Notes: generated by a model from the sequence alone, not told the origin. A stretch of 43,132 nt of DNA from an uncultured Pseudomonadota bacterium (GCA_964454175.1 CAYVSA010000002.1:1-43132), one strand, 5' to 3'; positions 9,099-19,844 are shown, numbered from the stretch's first letter. Made by a program: numbers and translations.

Positions 9099-10449
9099 TT
9101 ATCGCCTCCATTACGCGCTCGGGTGCTGTTCCTCCGGGGATGCTCCTTTTTGCAACTGAACTTTTTATGGAAATCGCATCAAAAACATCTTCGTCGATCT
9201 GTTCAGCAAAGGTCTTCATCTTCTCCAGGGACAGATCTTCAAATCCGCACCCTGTATCGTTGCAGTGTTTGACTATGCGGCCCGTTACCTCGTGTGATTT
9301 TCTGAAAGCAAGCCCCTTCGATACCAGGTAATCTGCAAGATCTGTGGCCGTAGTAAAACTTCCGGCCGCGGCCTCTGCCATAGTGTCTGTCTTGAACATT
9401 ATTCCGGATATGACAGCGGTCATTATTGCCAGAGAGCTCGAGAGGGTGTCAGCAGAGTCGAATACCGGTTCTTTATCCTCCTGGAGATCCCGGTTGTAGG
9501 TCATTGGCAGCCCTTTGAGGGTCACCAGGAGCGAAACAAGGTTACCAGTTACCCGGCCTGTTTTTCCCCGGACCAGTTCAGCCGGATCGGGATTTTTCTT
9601 CTGCGGCATCATACTGCTCCCGGTGCACAGGGAGTCGGGTAGATCCGCAAAGCCGAACTCCGCACTTGCCCACAGGATAATGTCCTCTGCTATCCTGCTG
9701 AGATGGACCTGGCAGAGGGCACACGCAAAAAGGAACTCGGCTGCGAAATCTCTGTCAGATACCGCATCCATGCTGTTGGAGGTTATTTCACCGAATCCGA
9801 GTTCAGCTGCAGTCATCTCCCTGTCGATGGCATGGGGTGTCCCGGCAAGGGCCCCTGAACCAAGGGGCGACTCTTCAAGGGACAGCATGACATTGTCGAA
9901 CCTGACGTTGTCTCTTCTCAGCATCTGGAAGTAGGCCATCAGGTGATGAGCCAGAAGTACAGGCTGGGCCCGCTGAAGGTGCGTGTAGCCCGGGATGGTT
10001 GTATCGAGATTTTCCTGTGCCTTGTCCAGCAGACACGCCATGAAGCCCAGCAGAAGTCCCTTTATGTCTCCTGAAACGTCACGCAGATAAAGCTTCAGAT
10101 CTGTTGCAACCTGGTCGTTTCTGCTCCGGGCAGTGTGGAGCCTGGCCCCGGCATCGCCTGTTTCATTTATCAGGAGAGCCTCGATGTTCATGTGAACGTC
10201 TTCTAATGATCGGTCCCACTGCAGTCTACCGCTCTCGATGTCCGCCTTGATCTTCTGGAGACCGCGGATTATGGCCTGCGCGTCCTTTTTGCTGATGATC
10301 CCCTTTTCTCCAAGCATCCTGGCATGAGCTATACTGCCCCGTATGTCCTGTGAGTACAGACGACTGTCAAAGGAGACGGACTGTGAAAAATCCTCCAGAA
10401 GATCCGAGGTCTCTTCCTTGAAACGACCTTTCCAGGGTTTGCTGGCCAT
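9058..10449 (-). CDS. argH: argininosuccinate lyase
   Basis: EDVHMNIE, HTARSRNDQ, PGYTHLQRAQP, TGSSMMPQKKNPD, YNRDLQEDK; ATG 10449 has AGGAG RBS. Confidence 0.97.
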   Translation of the reverse strand: MASKPWKGRFKEETSDLLEDFSQSVSFDSRLYSQDIRGSIAHARMLGEKGIISKKDAQAIIRGLQKIKADIESGRLQWDRSLEDVHMNIEALLINETGDAGARLHTARSRNDQVATDLKLYLRDVSGDIKGLLLGFMACLLDKAQENLDTTIPGYTHLQRAQPVLLAHHLMAYFQMLRRDNVRFDNVMLSLEESPLGSGALAGTPHAIDREMTAAELGFGEITSNSMDAVSDRDFAAEFLFACALCQVHLSRIAEDIILWASAEFGFADLPDSLCTGSSMMPQKKNPDPAELVRGKTGRVTGNLVSLLVTLKGLPMTYNRDLQEDKEPVFDSADTLSSSLAIMTAVISGIMFKTDTMAEAAAGSFTTATDLADYLVSKGLAFRKSHEVTGRIVKHCNDTGCGFEDLSLEKMKTFAEQIDEDVFDAISIKSSVAKRSIPGGTAPERVMEAINEGRRYIKDNNSD

Positions 10450-10458
10450 GACCACTCC

Positions 10459-11631
10459 TTAGTAAATATGTAAAGGATTGTTATCGTTTTCGCGAATGCC
10501 CATTACGAGTTCCTCGCCGCTGATCCTCTCCCAGCCGGCCTTCTTGCCGAGCCTGTGAACACCTGTTACCTTCACCATGGCTCTTGAAGAGCGCGGGTCT
10601 GTTTCGTGATGGGGAAACAGCCGGCACGAGTAAAGGCGTGTGGCCGACCCAAACCGCAGCCTGGACACCGGTGAACCGAAGAAATCGTCGGTGCGAAACT
10701 CAGAAAGTTTGATCCGGGGCAGTCGGTGCCTCATCCCGCACACAATGCTGCTGGAACCGAAGTTTGCTTCCCCTTGGATCCCCTCCAGCCGTGAACCCTC
10801 AGCGGAGTTAACGAATACGGTTATAGTATCTCTGACCCCCGGGGATTTGAAGAGATATTCACCGTAAAACCCGGTGGCTACGTCTCTGAATATCCTGTGC
10901 TCGGGCTTGGGATTGCACTGAATTACCACAAGCATATCAAGCTGCTGTCTCTGGTGAAAGTAGAGACGATTGGCCTCCTCCATGATGGCCATTATGTTGG
11001 AGTGATGACTGTCGCGGTACACGTAATCAAAACATATAAGGGGCATGAAATTATACGTAACAGGCGCGCACATGAACAGGAAGAGGGATCTTCCCCTGTA
11101 AAGATCGGTGATGTGGTCAACTGACTCTTCCCCTGCGAAGGGGTGCGTTTTTGCAGACAGATAACATCGCATGCCCCCTTTTCTTTCCTTTATCAGTGTA
11201 ACGCACGAGTTTACCGGTCTGGCCATGTCCTCCATTGACAGGTCCTGCCGGGTGAGGCTGACAAACTCGTGATCATCGTTCATGTAATTCTCCACCGACG
11301 TGATGAACTGGGAGAGCATGATGTGCTCCAGACCGAACATGACAACTGTGTTTTCGGCAAGCTTTTCATCCACCATATTTATCGTGTCGGCAAGGGATCC
11401 GTATGGAACGCTGCTTTCAGGAAGGATGATAAAGTTTACCTGGTCTGTATCATCCACGTCAGCAGCCAGTTCAATGATCGACTTGATGATCCTCGCCTGG
11501 TCGTCAGGCCTCTGAAGTTTGTAGAGACGTCCCTCAAGCTGCAGGTCGTTGGGTATCTGGGCAAGAAGTGTGTGAATGCCCCTGCTCAGAGGAAGGTCCA
11601 GGTCGATGATCTCTTCGAATATCCGAAGCAA
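10459..11631 (-). CDS. uncharacterised carbon-nitrogen hydrolase (nitrilase superfamily) protein
   Basis: LLAQ strand, FIILPE72, PVN141, AK161THPF, PLIC200FD, TVFVN give the E-K-C triad pattern; TTG start with purine-rich RBS. Confidence 0.7.
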   Translation of the reverse strand: MLRIFEEIIDLDLPLSRGIHTLLAQIPNDLQLEGRLYKLQRPDDQARIIKSIIELAADVDDTDQVNFIILPESSVPYGSLADTINMVDEKLAENTVVMFGLEHIMLSQFITSVENYMNDDHEFVSLTRQDLSMEDMARPVNSCVTLIKERKGGMRCYLSAKTHPFAGEESVDHITDLYRGRSLFLFMCAPVTYNFMPLICFDYVYRDSHHSNIMAIMEEANRLYFHQRQQLDMLVVIQCNPKPEHRIFRDVATGFYGEYLFKSPGVRDTITVFVNSAEGSRLEGIQGEANFGSSSIVCGMRHRLPRIKLSEFRTDDFFGSPVSRLRFGSATRLYSCRLFPHHETDPRSSRAMVKVTGVHRLGKKAGWERISGEELVMGIRENDNNPLHIY

Positions 11632-11665
11632 TTTATTTCCCCCCTGCGATCTTGAAGCTTTTGAT

Positions 11666-12082
11666 TTACGTAAACACCTTGGAGAGTATGTGCCGTGTAC
11701 CGTTGGAAATGTCGAGCTTGTGTGCAGCCTGCCGATCTGCCCAGAGTGCTTCGGATATCTCGTCCGGGTTTATCGCCAGTTCCTGGCTGCGGGGTGAGAC
11801 CAGATAGTAAAGGATGACATAGTGGTCGCTATGCTCGTTAGTGGGGGCTATCTCGTATATATCCACAAGTCCTTCCACGTGCACCTCCAGCCCCACCTCT
11901 TCGAGCACCTCTCTTTTTAAAGCTGAGGTTATCGGTTCACCCCTGTCTATCTTGCCCCCGGGCATAACCCATTTGCCCAGGTATGGAGGTACTGCCCGTT
12001 TTGTGAGCAGTACTCTACCGCCACCGTCACGAACCACTGCAACGACGGCAGTCCTCACCTTGTTCTTCCTGAACTTCATCAA
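11666..12082 (-). CDS. NUDIX hydrolase
   Basis: Nudix box [28 protein letters not shown] overlap with the argG stop. Confidence 0.93.
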   Translation of the reverse strand: MMKFRKNKVRTAVVAVVRDGGGRVLLTKRAVPPYLGKWVMPGGKIDRGEPITSALKREVLEEVGLEVHVEGLVDIYEIAPTNEHSDHYVILYYLVSPRSQELAINPDEISEALWADRQAAHKLDISNGTRHILSKVFT

Positions 12083-13296
12083 CCCCTCTTTCGGCGGGCC
12101 ATGGCGTTTATGCGAAGCCTGAGAGCATTAACTTTGATAAACCCTGTGGAGTCGGACTGGTCGAAAACGGCTTCCTCCTCGAAGGTGGCAAAGTCGGGCA
12201 TGTAGAGTGATTCTGGAGCACGGCGCCCTGCAGTACTGCAGGATCCCTTGTAGAGCTTGAGCCTGGCCTCTCCGGTAACGCCCTTCTGGGTCTCGTCCAC
12301 GCACTTGTTCAACCACTCCATCTCTGGTGAGAACCAGAATCCATTGTAGATAAGCTCAGAATACCGCGGTATGAGGGAATCCCTCAGGTGCATGACCTCA
12401 CGGTCCATGGTCATTGACTCAACAGCCCGGTGGGCGTGATAGAGTATCGTCCCGCCCGGTGTCTCGTACACTCCCCTGGATTTCATTCCGATGTAGCGGT
12501 TCTCGACGATATCGACCCGGCCCACTGCGTTTCGCCCCCCGATCTCGTTGAGCCTGGTCAGGAGGTCCGCAGGGGAGAGCGGTGTGTCGTCAACAGATAC
12601 AGGGACACCATCCTCAAACCCCACAACAACGTATTCGGGTGTATCGGGCGCGTCCTCGGGGGCAACGGAGAGGGTGAACATGGACTCGTCAGGTTCTGCC
12701 CACGGGTCTTCGAGGATCCCCCCTTCGTAGCTGATATGAAGCATGTTCCTGTCGCTGCTGTACGGCTTTTCCTTTGTAACGGGAATGGGTATGCCGTGTT
12801 TATTGGCATAGTCCATGAGTGCTGTCCTGCTGTGCAGGTCCCACTCCCTCCAGGGAGCGATAACAGTCACGCCCGGCATGAGGGCATGGTAGGCTAGCTC
12901 GAAGCGTACCTGGTCGTTGCCCTTGCCGGTGGCTCCGTGGGAAACGGCGTCTGCTCCAGCCTTTCTGGCGACTTCGATCTGGGTCTTTGCTATCAGCGGC
13001 CTGGCGAGGGAGGTACCCAGGAGATAGTAGCCCTCATAGATAGCGTTGGCTTTCAGGGCCGGGAAGATGAAGTCCCTTGCAAATTCTTCCCTTACGTCCT
13101 CGATGTAGACTTCACTGGCACCGGTCTTCAGCGCCTTTTCCCTGATGCCGTCCAGTTCGTCTCCCTGGCCCAGGTCTGCCGCGAAGGCAACGACTTCACA
13201 CTTGTACTCCTCCCGGAGCCAGGTGAGGATCACGGACGTGTCCAGCCCCCCGGAATATGCCAGAACCACTTTATTGACTTGCGGCCTTTTACTCAT
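12079..13296 (-). CDS. argG: argininosuccinate synthase
   Basis: [41 protein letters not shown]. Confidence 0.98.
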   Translation of the reverse strand: MSKRPQVNKVVLAYSGGLDTSVILTWLREEYKCEVVAFAADLGQGDELDGIREKALKTGASEVYIEDVREEFARDFIFPALKANAIYEGYYLLGTSLARPLIAKTQIEVARKAGADAVSHGATGKGNDQVRFELAYHALMPGVTVIAPWREWDLHSRTALMDYANKHGIPIPVTKEKPYSSDRNMLHISYEGGILEDPWAEPDESMFTLSVAPEDAPDTPEYVVVGFEDGVPVSVDDTPLSPADLLTRLNEIGGRNAVGRVDIVENRYIGMKSRGVYETPGGTILYHAHRAVESMTMDREVMHLRDSLIPRYSELIYNGFWFSPEMEWLNKCVDETQKGVTGEARLKLYKGSCSTAGRRAPESLYMPDFATFEEEAVFDQSDSTGFIKVNALRLRINAMARRKRG

Positions 13297-13331
13297 AAGA
13301 TTCTCCTGTTAGCCTCTGGACCTTGGACCAG

Positions 13332-14252
13332 TTATTTAACGATCCATTCCATGAGCGCTTTCTGGGCGTGGAGTCTGTTTTCGGCCTGATCTATGATAAC
13401 GGACTGCTCGTGGTCCATCAGCTCACTGGTGATCTCTTCTCCCCTGTTGGCAGGAAGGCAGTGCATAAGCCTGGCCCCCGGTGAGGCCGCTGCAAGGATC
13501 TCCGAGTTGATCTGGTACGGGGTAAGATCCTTTCGTCTCTTATTGGCTTCTTTTTCCTGCCCCATGCTGACCCACACGTCGGTGTAAAGAAAATCGGCAC
13601 CGGAAGCTGCTTCCACAGGATCCCGTACCACCTTGACGCTGCTGCCCGCTTCCGCGGCAAACTGCGATCCCCTGGAAAGAAAGGCCGGGTCGGGTTCATA
13701 TCCGTCAGGACATCCCAGTTTAATATTCACGCCCAGCATTCCACAGCCCATTATCAGGCTGTTGGCCACGTTGTTGCCGTCACCCAGATAAGCGATAGTT
13801 GTCCCCAGCAGGCTGCCCCTGTGTTCGAGTATCGTAAGCATGTCTCCCAGGACCTGACAGGGGTGTGCTTTATCGGTCAGGGCGTTTATCACCGGTATTT
13901 CCGATTCTGCTGCCAGGATCTCGAGGGTCTTGTGAGAGTATGTCCTGGCAACCAGCGCAGACAGGTAGCGGGAAAGTACGTGAGCAGTGTCATGCAGGGT
14001 CTCCCCGCGGGAGAGCTGTACGTCTCCCGGACTGAGAAAAATAGCCTGCCCGCCCAGCTGATAAATCCCCACCTCGAAGGAGACCCTGGTCCTTGTGGAG
14101 GGTTTTTCAAACAGGAGACCGACACTTTTCCCGATGAGGGGGCACTCCGTTGAAACAGCTGAAGTGGATTTTTTCATCTCGCGTGCGCGGTGGATGAGGT
14201 CTGCTGCCTCCTGAGGACGGAGGTTGTCTAGAGTGATGAGGTCTCTTTTCAT
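13332..14252 (-). CDS. argF: ornithine carbamoyltransferase
   Basis: FEKPSTRTRVSF, HPCQ, GDGNNV, TDVWVSMG, HCLPA, QAENR. Confidence 0.97.
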   Translation of the reverse strand: MKRDLITLDNLRPQEAADLIHRAREMKKSTSAVSTECPLIGKSVGLLFEKPSTRTRVSFEVGIYQLGGQAIFLSPGDVQLSRGETLHDTAHVLSRYLSALVARTYSHKTLEILAAESEIPVINALTDKAHPCQVLGDMLTILEHRGSLLGTTIAYLGDGNNVANSLIMGCGMLGVNIKLGCPDGYEPDPAFLSRGSQFAAEAGSSVKVVRDPVEAASGADFLYTDVWVSMGQEKEANKRRKDLTPYQINSEILAAASPGARLMHCLPANRGEEITSELMDHEQSVIIDQAENRLHAQKALMEWIVK

Positions 14253-15451
14253 GTCGTGGAATCTCCAAGGTTTCCCAGGGTGTTGTCAAGAGCTGAGATC
14301 ATTCCCTTGATGTCCTCTTCTGAAATGGTAAGAGGAGGAGTGAATCTCACCGTTCGCTCCTGCACTACCGTAGTGAGGTATCCCTTCTCCATCATGTTTC
14401 CGACGCAGGATGCCGCCGGCCGGTCGAGTTCAAGGCCCAGGAGCAGGCCTGTCCCACGCACCTGGACCACGGTTGAGTGCTTTTCCGCCAGAGCTCCAAG
14501 GGCGTCGGCAAGTAACTTGCCTCTGCTGACTGCCTGCTCGGGCAGCTTTTCCTCCACCATAGTCGTGATGGTAGCAACAGCGGCTGCGCACGCCAGGGGA
14601 TTGCCCCCGAAGGTACTGCCGTGTGTGCCGGGCCCCATATGGGACGCGACACTTTCAGCAGCGAGGACGGCTCCAATGGGGACCCCGTTGCCCAGCCCCT
14701 TTGCGAGAGTGATGATATCAGGATCAATATCCAACTGGTCAGAGGCGAGGAGGGACCCGCACCTGCCCATGCCTGTCTGAACCTCGTCCATTATGAGCAG
14801 GACGCTGTGTTCACTGCAGAGCCTGCCAGCCTCCTTTGCAAATTCACTCCCAATGTCCCGCACACCACCCTCCCCCTGGACAGGCTCCATGAAAAGGGCA
14901 CATGCCCGGGGAAGAAGTTCTTGCAGCCGGTCCAGGTCCCCAGGCTCAATGTGGGCGAAACCATCCGGATAGGGCGAGAAGGCCTCATGATGATGTTTGG
15001 GATCTGTTGCGGTCAGCGCCTTCATCGTTCGACCGTGAAAGGCTCCGAAAAGGCTGATAACGAGCTCCTTTCCCTTGCCGAAAAGGTCGAAAGAGCGCTT
15101 CCGTGCCAGCTTGATGGCAGTCTCGTTCGCCTCTGCCCCGCTGTTGCAGAAAAAAACCCGCTCGGCCAGTGTGATGTCTGTCAGCAGTGCGGCGAGCTGG
15201 ACCTGAGGGGAGTTGAAATACCAGTTTGAAACATGGATCAAACTGTTTGCCTGGTCCGTGATGGCCTTAACTACACGCGGGTGACAGTGCCCGAGGTTAC
15301 AGGTGGCGATGCCGGCGACGAAGTCCACATATTCTTTCCCGTCGGCGTCCCAGACCCTGCAGTCGTCACCCCTCACTATTGCTATCGGGTACTGCCTGTA
15401 GTTCGGAAAGAGAAGACCTGCTCCTTTACTGGCCGTTTCATTGTTATTCAT
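14249..15451 (-). CDS. argD: acetylornithine aminotransferase
   Basis: NSGAEANE, FHGRT, EPVQGEGG, DEVQTG, LAKGLG, HGSTFGGNP. Confidence 0.93.
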   Translation of the reverse strand: MNNNETASKGAGLLFPNYRQYPIAIVRGDDCRVWDADGKEYVDFVAGIATCNLGHCHPRVVKAITDQANSLIHVSNWYFNSPQVQLAALLTDITLAERVFFCNSGAEANETAIKLARKRSFDLFGKGKELVISLFGAFHGRTMKALTATDPKHHHEAFSPYPDGFAHIEPGDLDRLQELLPRACALFMEPVQGEGGVRDIGSEFAKEAGRLCSEHSVLLIMDEVQTGMGRCGSLLASDQLDIDPDIITLAKGLGNGVPIGAVLAAESVASHMGPGTHGSTFGGNPLACAAAVATITTMVEEKLPEQAVSRGKLLADALGALAEKHSTVVQVRGTGLLLGLELDRPAASCVGNMMEKGYLTTVVQERTVRFTPPLTISEEDIKGMISALDNTLGNLGDSTT

Positions 15452-15463
15452 GGTGCATTTTCC

Positions 15464-16339
15464 TCACTTGATTATCTCTGTCCCGATGCCGGTTTCAGTG
15501 AATATCTCGAGGAGCACCGAGTGTTCGATCCTCCCGTCGATAATGTGAACCTTGGGAACTCCTTTTTCAAGGGCGTCCATGGCCGATTCTATCTTGGGTA
15601 TCATACCCCCGCTGATGATCCCGGAACTCAGCATTGCACATGCTTCCTCCTCACTCACGGAAGATACGAGGCCACCCTTTTCGTCCTTGACACCTTCGAT
15701 GTCTGTCATAAGTATGAGTTTTTCAGCTCCCAGGGCGCCGGCAAGCGCACCAGCTACCGAGTCAGCGTTTATATTCAGGGTGCTGCCCTCTTTGTCAACA
15801 CCAACTGGCGCTATGACCGGTATGAAATCGCCCTGATCCATCTGGCTAATTATCGATGGATCAACGCTGATTATCCTGCCAACCCTTCCAGGATCGATGA
15901 TCTCAGGGGGGCCCTCTCCCGGCTCTTCAAATAAAAGTTTTTCGGCCAGGAACAGCCCGCCATCCTTGCCAGTCAGACCCACCGCCTTTCCACCGTGCTG
16001 CTGGATCAGGGTCACGATCTCCTTGTTAACTTTGCCTCCGAGAACCATCTCCACAATGTCCATTGTTTCGTCGTCGGTGACCCGGTGCCCCTTTACGAAA
16101 CTGGTCTGCTTCCCCATTTTACTGAGGGTGTCGCCGATCTGGGGGCCGCCGCCATGAACGATGACCGGTTTCAGGCCGATGTATCTGAGCAGTATGATAT
16201 CCCGGGCAAAGTTTGAACGCAGCGACTTGCTCACCATTGCGTGACCGCCGTATTTGATCACTATGGTTTTTTTCCAGAAGGCCTTGATGTAGGGAAGGGC
16301 CTCCAGCAGAACATTGGCTTTGTTTATGAGTTCTTCCAT
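15464..16339 (-). CDS. argB: acetylglutamate kinase
   Basis: [40 protein letters not shown]. Confidence 0.97.
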   Translation of the reverse strand: MEELINKANVLLEALPYIKAFWKKTIVIKYGGHAMVSKSLRSNFARDIILLRYIGLKPVIVHGGGPQIGDTLSKMGKQTSFVKGHRVTDDETMDIVEMVLGGKVNKEIVTLIQQHGGKAVGLTGKDGGLFLAEKLLFEEPGEGPPEIIDPGRVGRIISVDPSIISQMDQGDFIPVIAPVGVDKEGSTLNINADSVAGALAGALGAEKLILMTDIEGVKDEKGGLVSSVSEEEACAMLSSGIISGGMIPKIESAMDALEKGVPKVHIIDGRIEHSVLLEIFTETGIGTEIIK

Positions 16340-16407
16340 TGCTGACCCCGCGTTGAAAAATTAGGATGATACTGGCTGAATTCGTTAAAGGAGCATCATT
16401 TGACGAT

Positions 16408-17949
16408 TCAGGACGATACTTTTTTCTTCAGACGGTCAAGTTCCATGATCTTGGCCTTGATATCCTTGTTGGCTACCTCAAGCTGCCTGTTTGTGGCAAC
16501 AACCTCATCAATGCTTTCGATAAGGTTCTGGTGAAGCCAGGCGTTCTTAAGGGCGATGGCTGCCAGTGGCGTAACCGCAGTGAGCAGTTCGATGTCCCAG
16601 TTGTCAAAGGGAAGGCCGTCGTCCTTGTTGTGGACCGAGAGAATACCTATCGTCTTTCCCCTTATTTTCAGAGGTGAGGCGGCTATGGACTCTTTCTTAA
16701 TGCCCTTGGGAAAGTCCTTGTCCAGGTCCACGTCTATATCGCTGCCGGGATCATTGCTGCCTGCCGAGACGCCCTCCCCGATCACTTTTCCAAGAATGCC
16801 TTTACCTGGTTTGAAGGGGGCGCCGGGTTCCTTGACGGGCGTATCGGAGCTGATCGCTTCGTATTTGAGCCCCTCACCGTGGAGATCAAGAGTAAGAACT
16901 CCACAGGAAACGGCCCTGAGCCCCAGCCTTGTCCTGTCGGCCAGGGACCTGTAGATCTCATCTGGATCCTGGCTGGCGATAAGTGCGTTGGCCACGTCGT
17001 TAACAAAACTGAGTTTCAGGTGTTCCCTCTGGATCTTCCTGTTCATGGACAGGTTTGCGATGGCCATGGACGCCTGGTGGGCAAAGGTGTTGAGTATGGT
17101 CAGCTCCCCTTCATTGAAAGTGTCGCCGTCTATCTTGTCATTCGCGCTTATTGTCCCGACAACCTTTTTTTTGAAAAACAGCGGGGTACAAATAAAGGAG
17201 GTCGAGTCATACTGGCGGGAATGACTGGCACCTTTCGTTCTCTTGTCAGTAGCGGCATCCTCAACCAGAATGGGTTTCCCATGGCTGGCCACCCACCCAG
17301 CCACTCCCTTGTTAGTTGGCTGTCTTATGGATGCCATCTTCTCGGGAGTCATCCAGTTAGACTGGGCCATGACAAGTTCATCCTTTGACCTGTCAAGAAG
17401 CATGAGGGACACTTTCTTGACCTCAAGGACCTCGGCTATGAGGTCGATAGTCTTGTGCAGGAATTCGTTTTCCCTTATCACGTCTTCGGGTGCCAGGTCC
17501 CCCATATCGATGGATGTCAGCTCACCGGCGCTCTTTTCCAGGATCTTCAGGCGCTGAAGCTGCCTGTCGACCTTGCTGGTGAGCTTTATTTTTTCCAGGG
17601 TGTTCCTGATAGCCAGAAGGAGCTCCGTTGTTTTTACCGGTTTATGAACAAAGTCAGATGCGCCCCGCCTGGTGGCGTGGAGCATGTTTTCCTTCTTGGT
17701 GTCCTCCATGAGCATGATAACCGGAACGTGGGGCCGGTATTTTCTGATCGCAATAAGCGTGTCGAGTCCTGAAAGTCCGGTCAGCTTGTCTGCGATACAC
17801 ACGGCCATGAACTCCTCAGATTCCCGGATCATACGTATCCCGTCCCTGCCGCTGTGCGTGGTCGACACGTTAAAGCCCTTTTTGGTGAGGATATCCAGCA
17901 CGGCCTTCCTGTTTACCTGCTCGCTTTCAATAACCAGTATGCGGTTCAT
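16408..17949 (-). CDS. atypical receiver + two GAF domains, no output domain
   Basis: N-terminal REC fold (ILVIE..., DFVHKP); two GAF repeats (GVAGWVA...FICTPL...GTISAND; GILGKV...IAASPL...GILSVHN); coiled-coil tail. Confidence 0.85.
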   Translation of the reverse strand: MNRILVIESEQVNRKAVLDILTKKGFNVSTTHSGRDGIRMIRESEEFMAVCIADKLTGLSGLDTLIAIRKYRPHVPVIMLMEDTKKENMLHATRRGASDFVHKPVKTTELLLAIRNTLEKIKLTSKVDRQLQRLKILEKSAGELTSIDMGDLAPEDVIRENEFLHKTIDLIAEVLEVKKVSLMLLDRSKDELVMAQSNWMTPEKMASIRQPTNKGVAGWVASHGKPILVEDAATDKRTKGASHSRQYDSTSFICTPLFFKKKVVGTISANDKIDGDTFNEGELTILNTFAHQASMAIANLSMNRKIQREHLKLSFVNDVANALIASQDPDEIYRSLADRTRLGLRAVSCGVLTLDLHGEGLKYEAISSDTPVKEPGAPFKPGKGILGKVIGEGVSAGSNDPGSDIDVDLDKDFPKGIKKESIAASPLKIRGKTIGILSVHNKDDGLPFDNWDIELLTAVTPLAAIALKNAWLHQNLIESIDEVVATNRQLEVANKDIKAKIMELDRLKKKVSS

Positions 17950-17977
17950 CTCAGGTACCCCCTAACACCACCAGCGG

Positions 17978-19321
17978 CTATAAAATATACCTGCTCAGGT
18001 CTTCGTCGGCGGCTACTTCGGCCAGCCTGTCCTGCACGTACTTCTCATTGATGCTGATGACCTTTTTTCTGACATCCGGTGCTGTAAAAGATATTTCTTC
18101 CAGTAATTTTTCCATCACCGTGTGAAGCCTCCGTGCCCCGATGTTTTCCGACCGCGTGTTTACTTCCTCAGCGATCTGGGCAATGGCCTCGATCGCGTCG
18201 GGCGAAAAATCGAGCTTTAAACCCTCTGTTTTGAGAAGCTCGGTGTACTGGAGGATCAATGCATTATCAGGCTCGGTAAGTATTCGGACGAAATCCTCCC
18301 GCGTCAGGGCGTCCAGTTCCACCCTGATCGGAAACCTGCCCTGGAGTTCGGGGAGCAGGTCCGAAGGTTTTGTTCCCGAAAAGGCTCCAGCAGCTATGAA
18401 AAGGATGTGGTCGGTCTTAACCATGCCGTGCTTGGTTGTCACCGTGGTACCTTCAATTATAGGCAGCAGGTCTCTTTGCACTCCCTCTCTGGAAACATCT
18501 GGTCCCTGAGACGTGTTCCTGCCTGCGATCTTGTCTATCTCGTCGAGGAACACTATGCCTGTCTGCTCCACACGCTGGAGAGCGTCTGATAATACTTCGT
18601 CCATATCTATAAGTTTTTGAGCCTCTTCCTGAGCCAGGACAGAAGCGGCTTCGGGTATCTTGAACTTTCGCACTTTCTTGCGCCCCGGGAACAGGTTCCC
18701 CATCATATCGCGCAGGTTGACATCCATTCCCTCCATGCCTGGACCACTGAATATCTCGATCATCGGTGCGGATTTTTCCTCTATATGGATCTCAACATCC
18801 CGTTCATCCAGTTTGCCCCTCCTTAATAATTGTCTGAGTTTTTCTCTGGTGTCTCTGTCAGGGACTTTGTCCGGGTCATCTTCGCCGGATGCGGGAGGAC
18901 TGCCCGGGAGAAGCAGGTCGAGTATCCTTTCTTCGGCCATCGAGTCGGCCCGCTCTCTGACTGAAACCATTTTTTCTTCACGAACCATCTTGACAGCGAG
19001 TTCTGTCAGGTCTCTGATCATGGACTCCACATCGCGTCCGACGTATCCGACCTCCGTGAACTTGGTAGCCTCGATCTTGATGAATGGTGAGTCGGCCAGA
19101 GCGGCAAGGCGCCTGGCTATCTCGGTCTTGCCAACGCCTGTGGGGCCCATCATAATTATATTCTTTGGTGCGATCTCATCCCTGAGTTCATCCGGTACCT
19201 GTCTTCGCCTCCAACGGTTCCTCAGGGCGACGGCCACGCTTCTTTTGGCCTTTTCCTGTCCGATAATAAATCTGTCCAGGCTGTCAACTACCTCTCTGGG
19301 CGTGAAGTTTTTTTCAGTCAT
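17978..19321 (-). CDS. hslU: ATP-dependent protease ATPase subunit HslU
   Basis: [51 protein letters not shown]; start moved to ATG 19321. Confidence 0.98.
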   Translation of the reverse strand: MTEKNFTPREVVDSLDRFIIGQEKAKRSVAVALRNRWRRRQVPDELRDEIAPKNIIMMGPTGVGKTEIARRLAALADSPFIKIEATKFTEVGYVGRDVESMIRDLTELAVKMVREEKMVSVRERADSMAEERILDLLLPGSPPASGEDDPDKVPDRDTREKLRQLLRRGKLDERDVEIHIEEKSAPMIEIFSGPGMEGMDVNLRDMMGNLFPGRKKVRKFKIPEAASVLAQEEAQKLIDMDEVLSDALQRVEQTGIVFLDEIDKIAGRNTSQGPDVSREGVQRDLLPIIEGTTVTTKHGMVKTDHILFIAAGAFSGTKPSDLLPELQGRFPIRVELDALTREDFVRILTEPDNALILQYTELLKTEGLKLDFSPDAIEAIAQIAEEVNTRSENIGARRLHTVMEKLLEEISFTAPDVRKKVISINEKYVQDRLAEVAADEDLSRYIL

Positions 19322-19844
19322 CGAGTTCTTCCACGTATATTTCGCTGTTGGTGTAGATGCATATTCCGGCTGCAATGTTCAACGATTCTTCTACGATTTC
19401 TCTGCTCCCCAGACTCGTATTGGCAAGCAGAGCCTCCGCGGCAGCACGGGCGTACTGCCCGCCGGAGCCGATCGCAAGGACTCCGCCCTCCGGTTCAAGA
19501 ACATCACCTGTACCGGAGATCAGAAATAGACTTTCTCCGTCACACACGGCCATCAGGGCCTCCAGGCGCCTCAAAACCCTGTCGGTCCTCCAGTCCTTGG
19601 CAAGCTCAACAGCTGCCCTGGAGAGGTTCCCTGAATACCGTTCGAGTTTTTTTTCAAATCTCTCGAACAGGGTAAATGCATCAGCAGTTGATCCTGCGAA
19701 CCCGGCAAGCACCTTGCCATTGTAAAGAGTTCTCACCTTTTTCGCAGAGTGTTTTATCACGGTCTCTCCCATTGTAACCTGGCCGTCGCTTCCCATGGCA
19801 ACTTTGTTGTCCTTCATGACCGCCAGCACAGTGGTGCCTTTCAT
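19314..19844 (-). CDS. hslV: ATP-dependent protease peptidase subunit HslV
   Basis: [39 protein letters not shown]. Confidence 0.98.
   Translation of the reverse strand: MKGTTVLAVMKDNKVAMGSDGQVTMGETVIKHSAKKVRTLYNGKVLAGFAGSTADAFTLFERFEKKLERYSGNLSRAAVELAKDWRTDRVLRRLEALMAVCDGESLFLISGTGDVLEPEGGVLAIGSGGQYARAAAEALLANTSLGSREIVEESLNIAAGICIYTNSEIYVEELDD

Noticed and set aside
10459-11631. RT-nitrilase anti-phage defence system
   Set aside because: The nitrilase fold is present but there is no reverse transcriptase or other defence gene nearby; the context is the arg operon.
16340-16407. ARG boxes before argB
   Set aside because: Only a lone TGAAT; no palindromic TGAAT-N4-ATTCA pair.
18660-19529. 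long antisense ORFs (289 aa opposite hslU; also 15233-15934, 26308-26940, 37632-38339, 41077-41691)
   Set aside because: Shadow frames of well-conserved genes, with no recognisable motifs.
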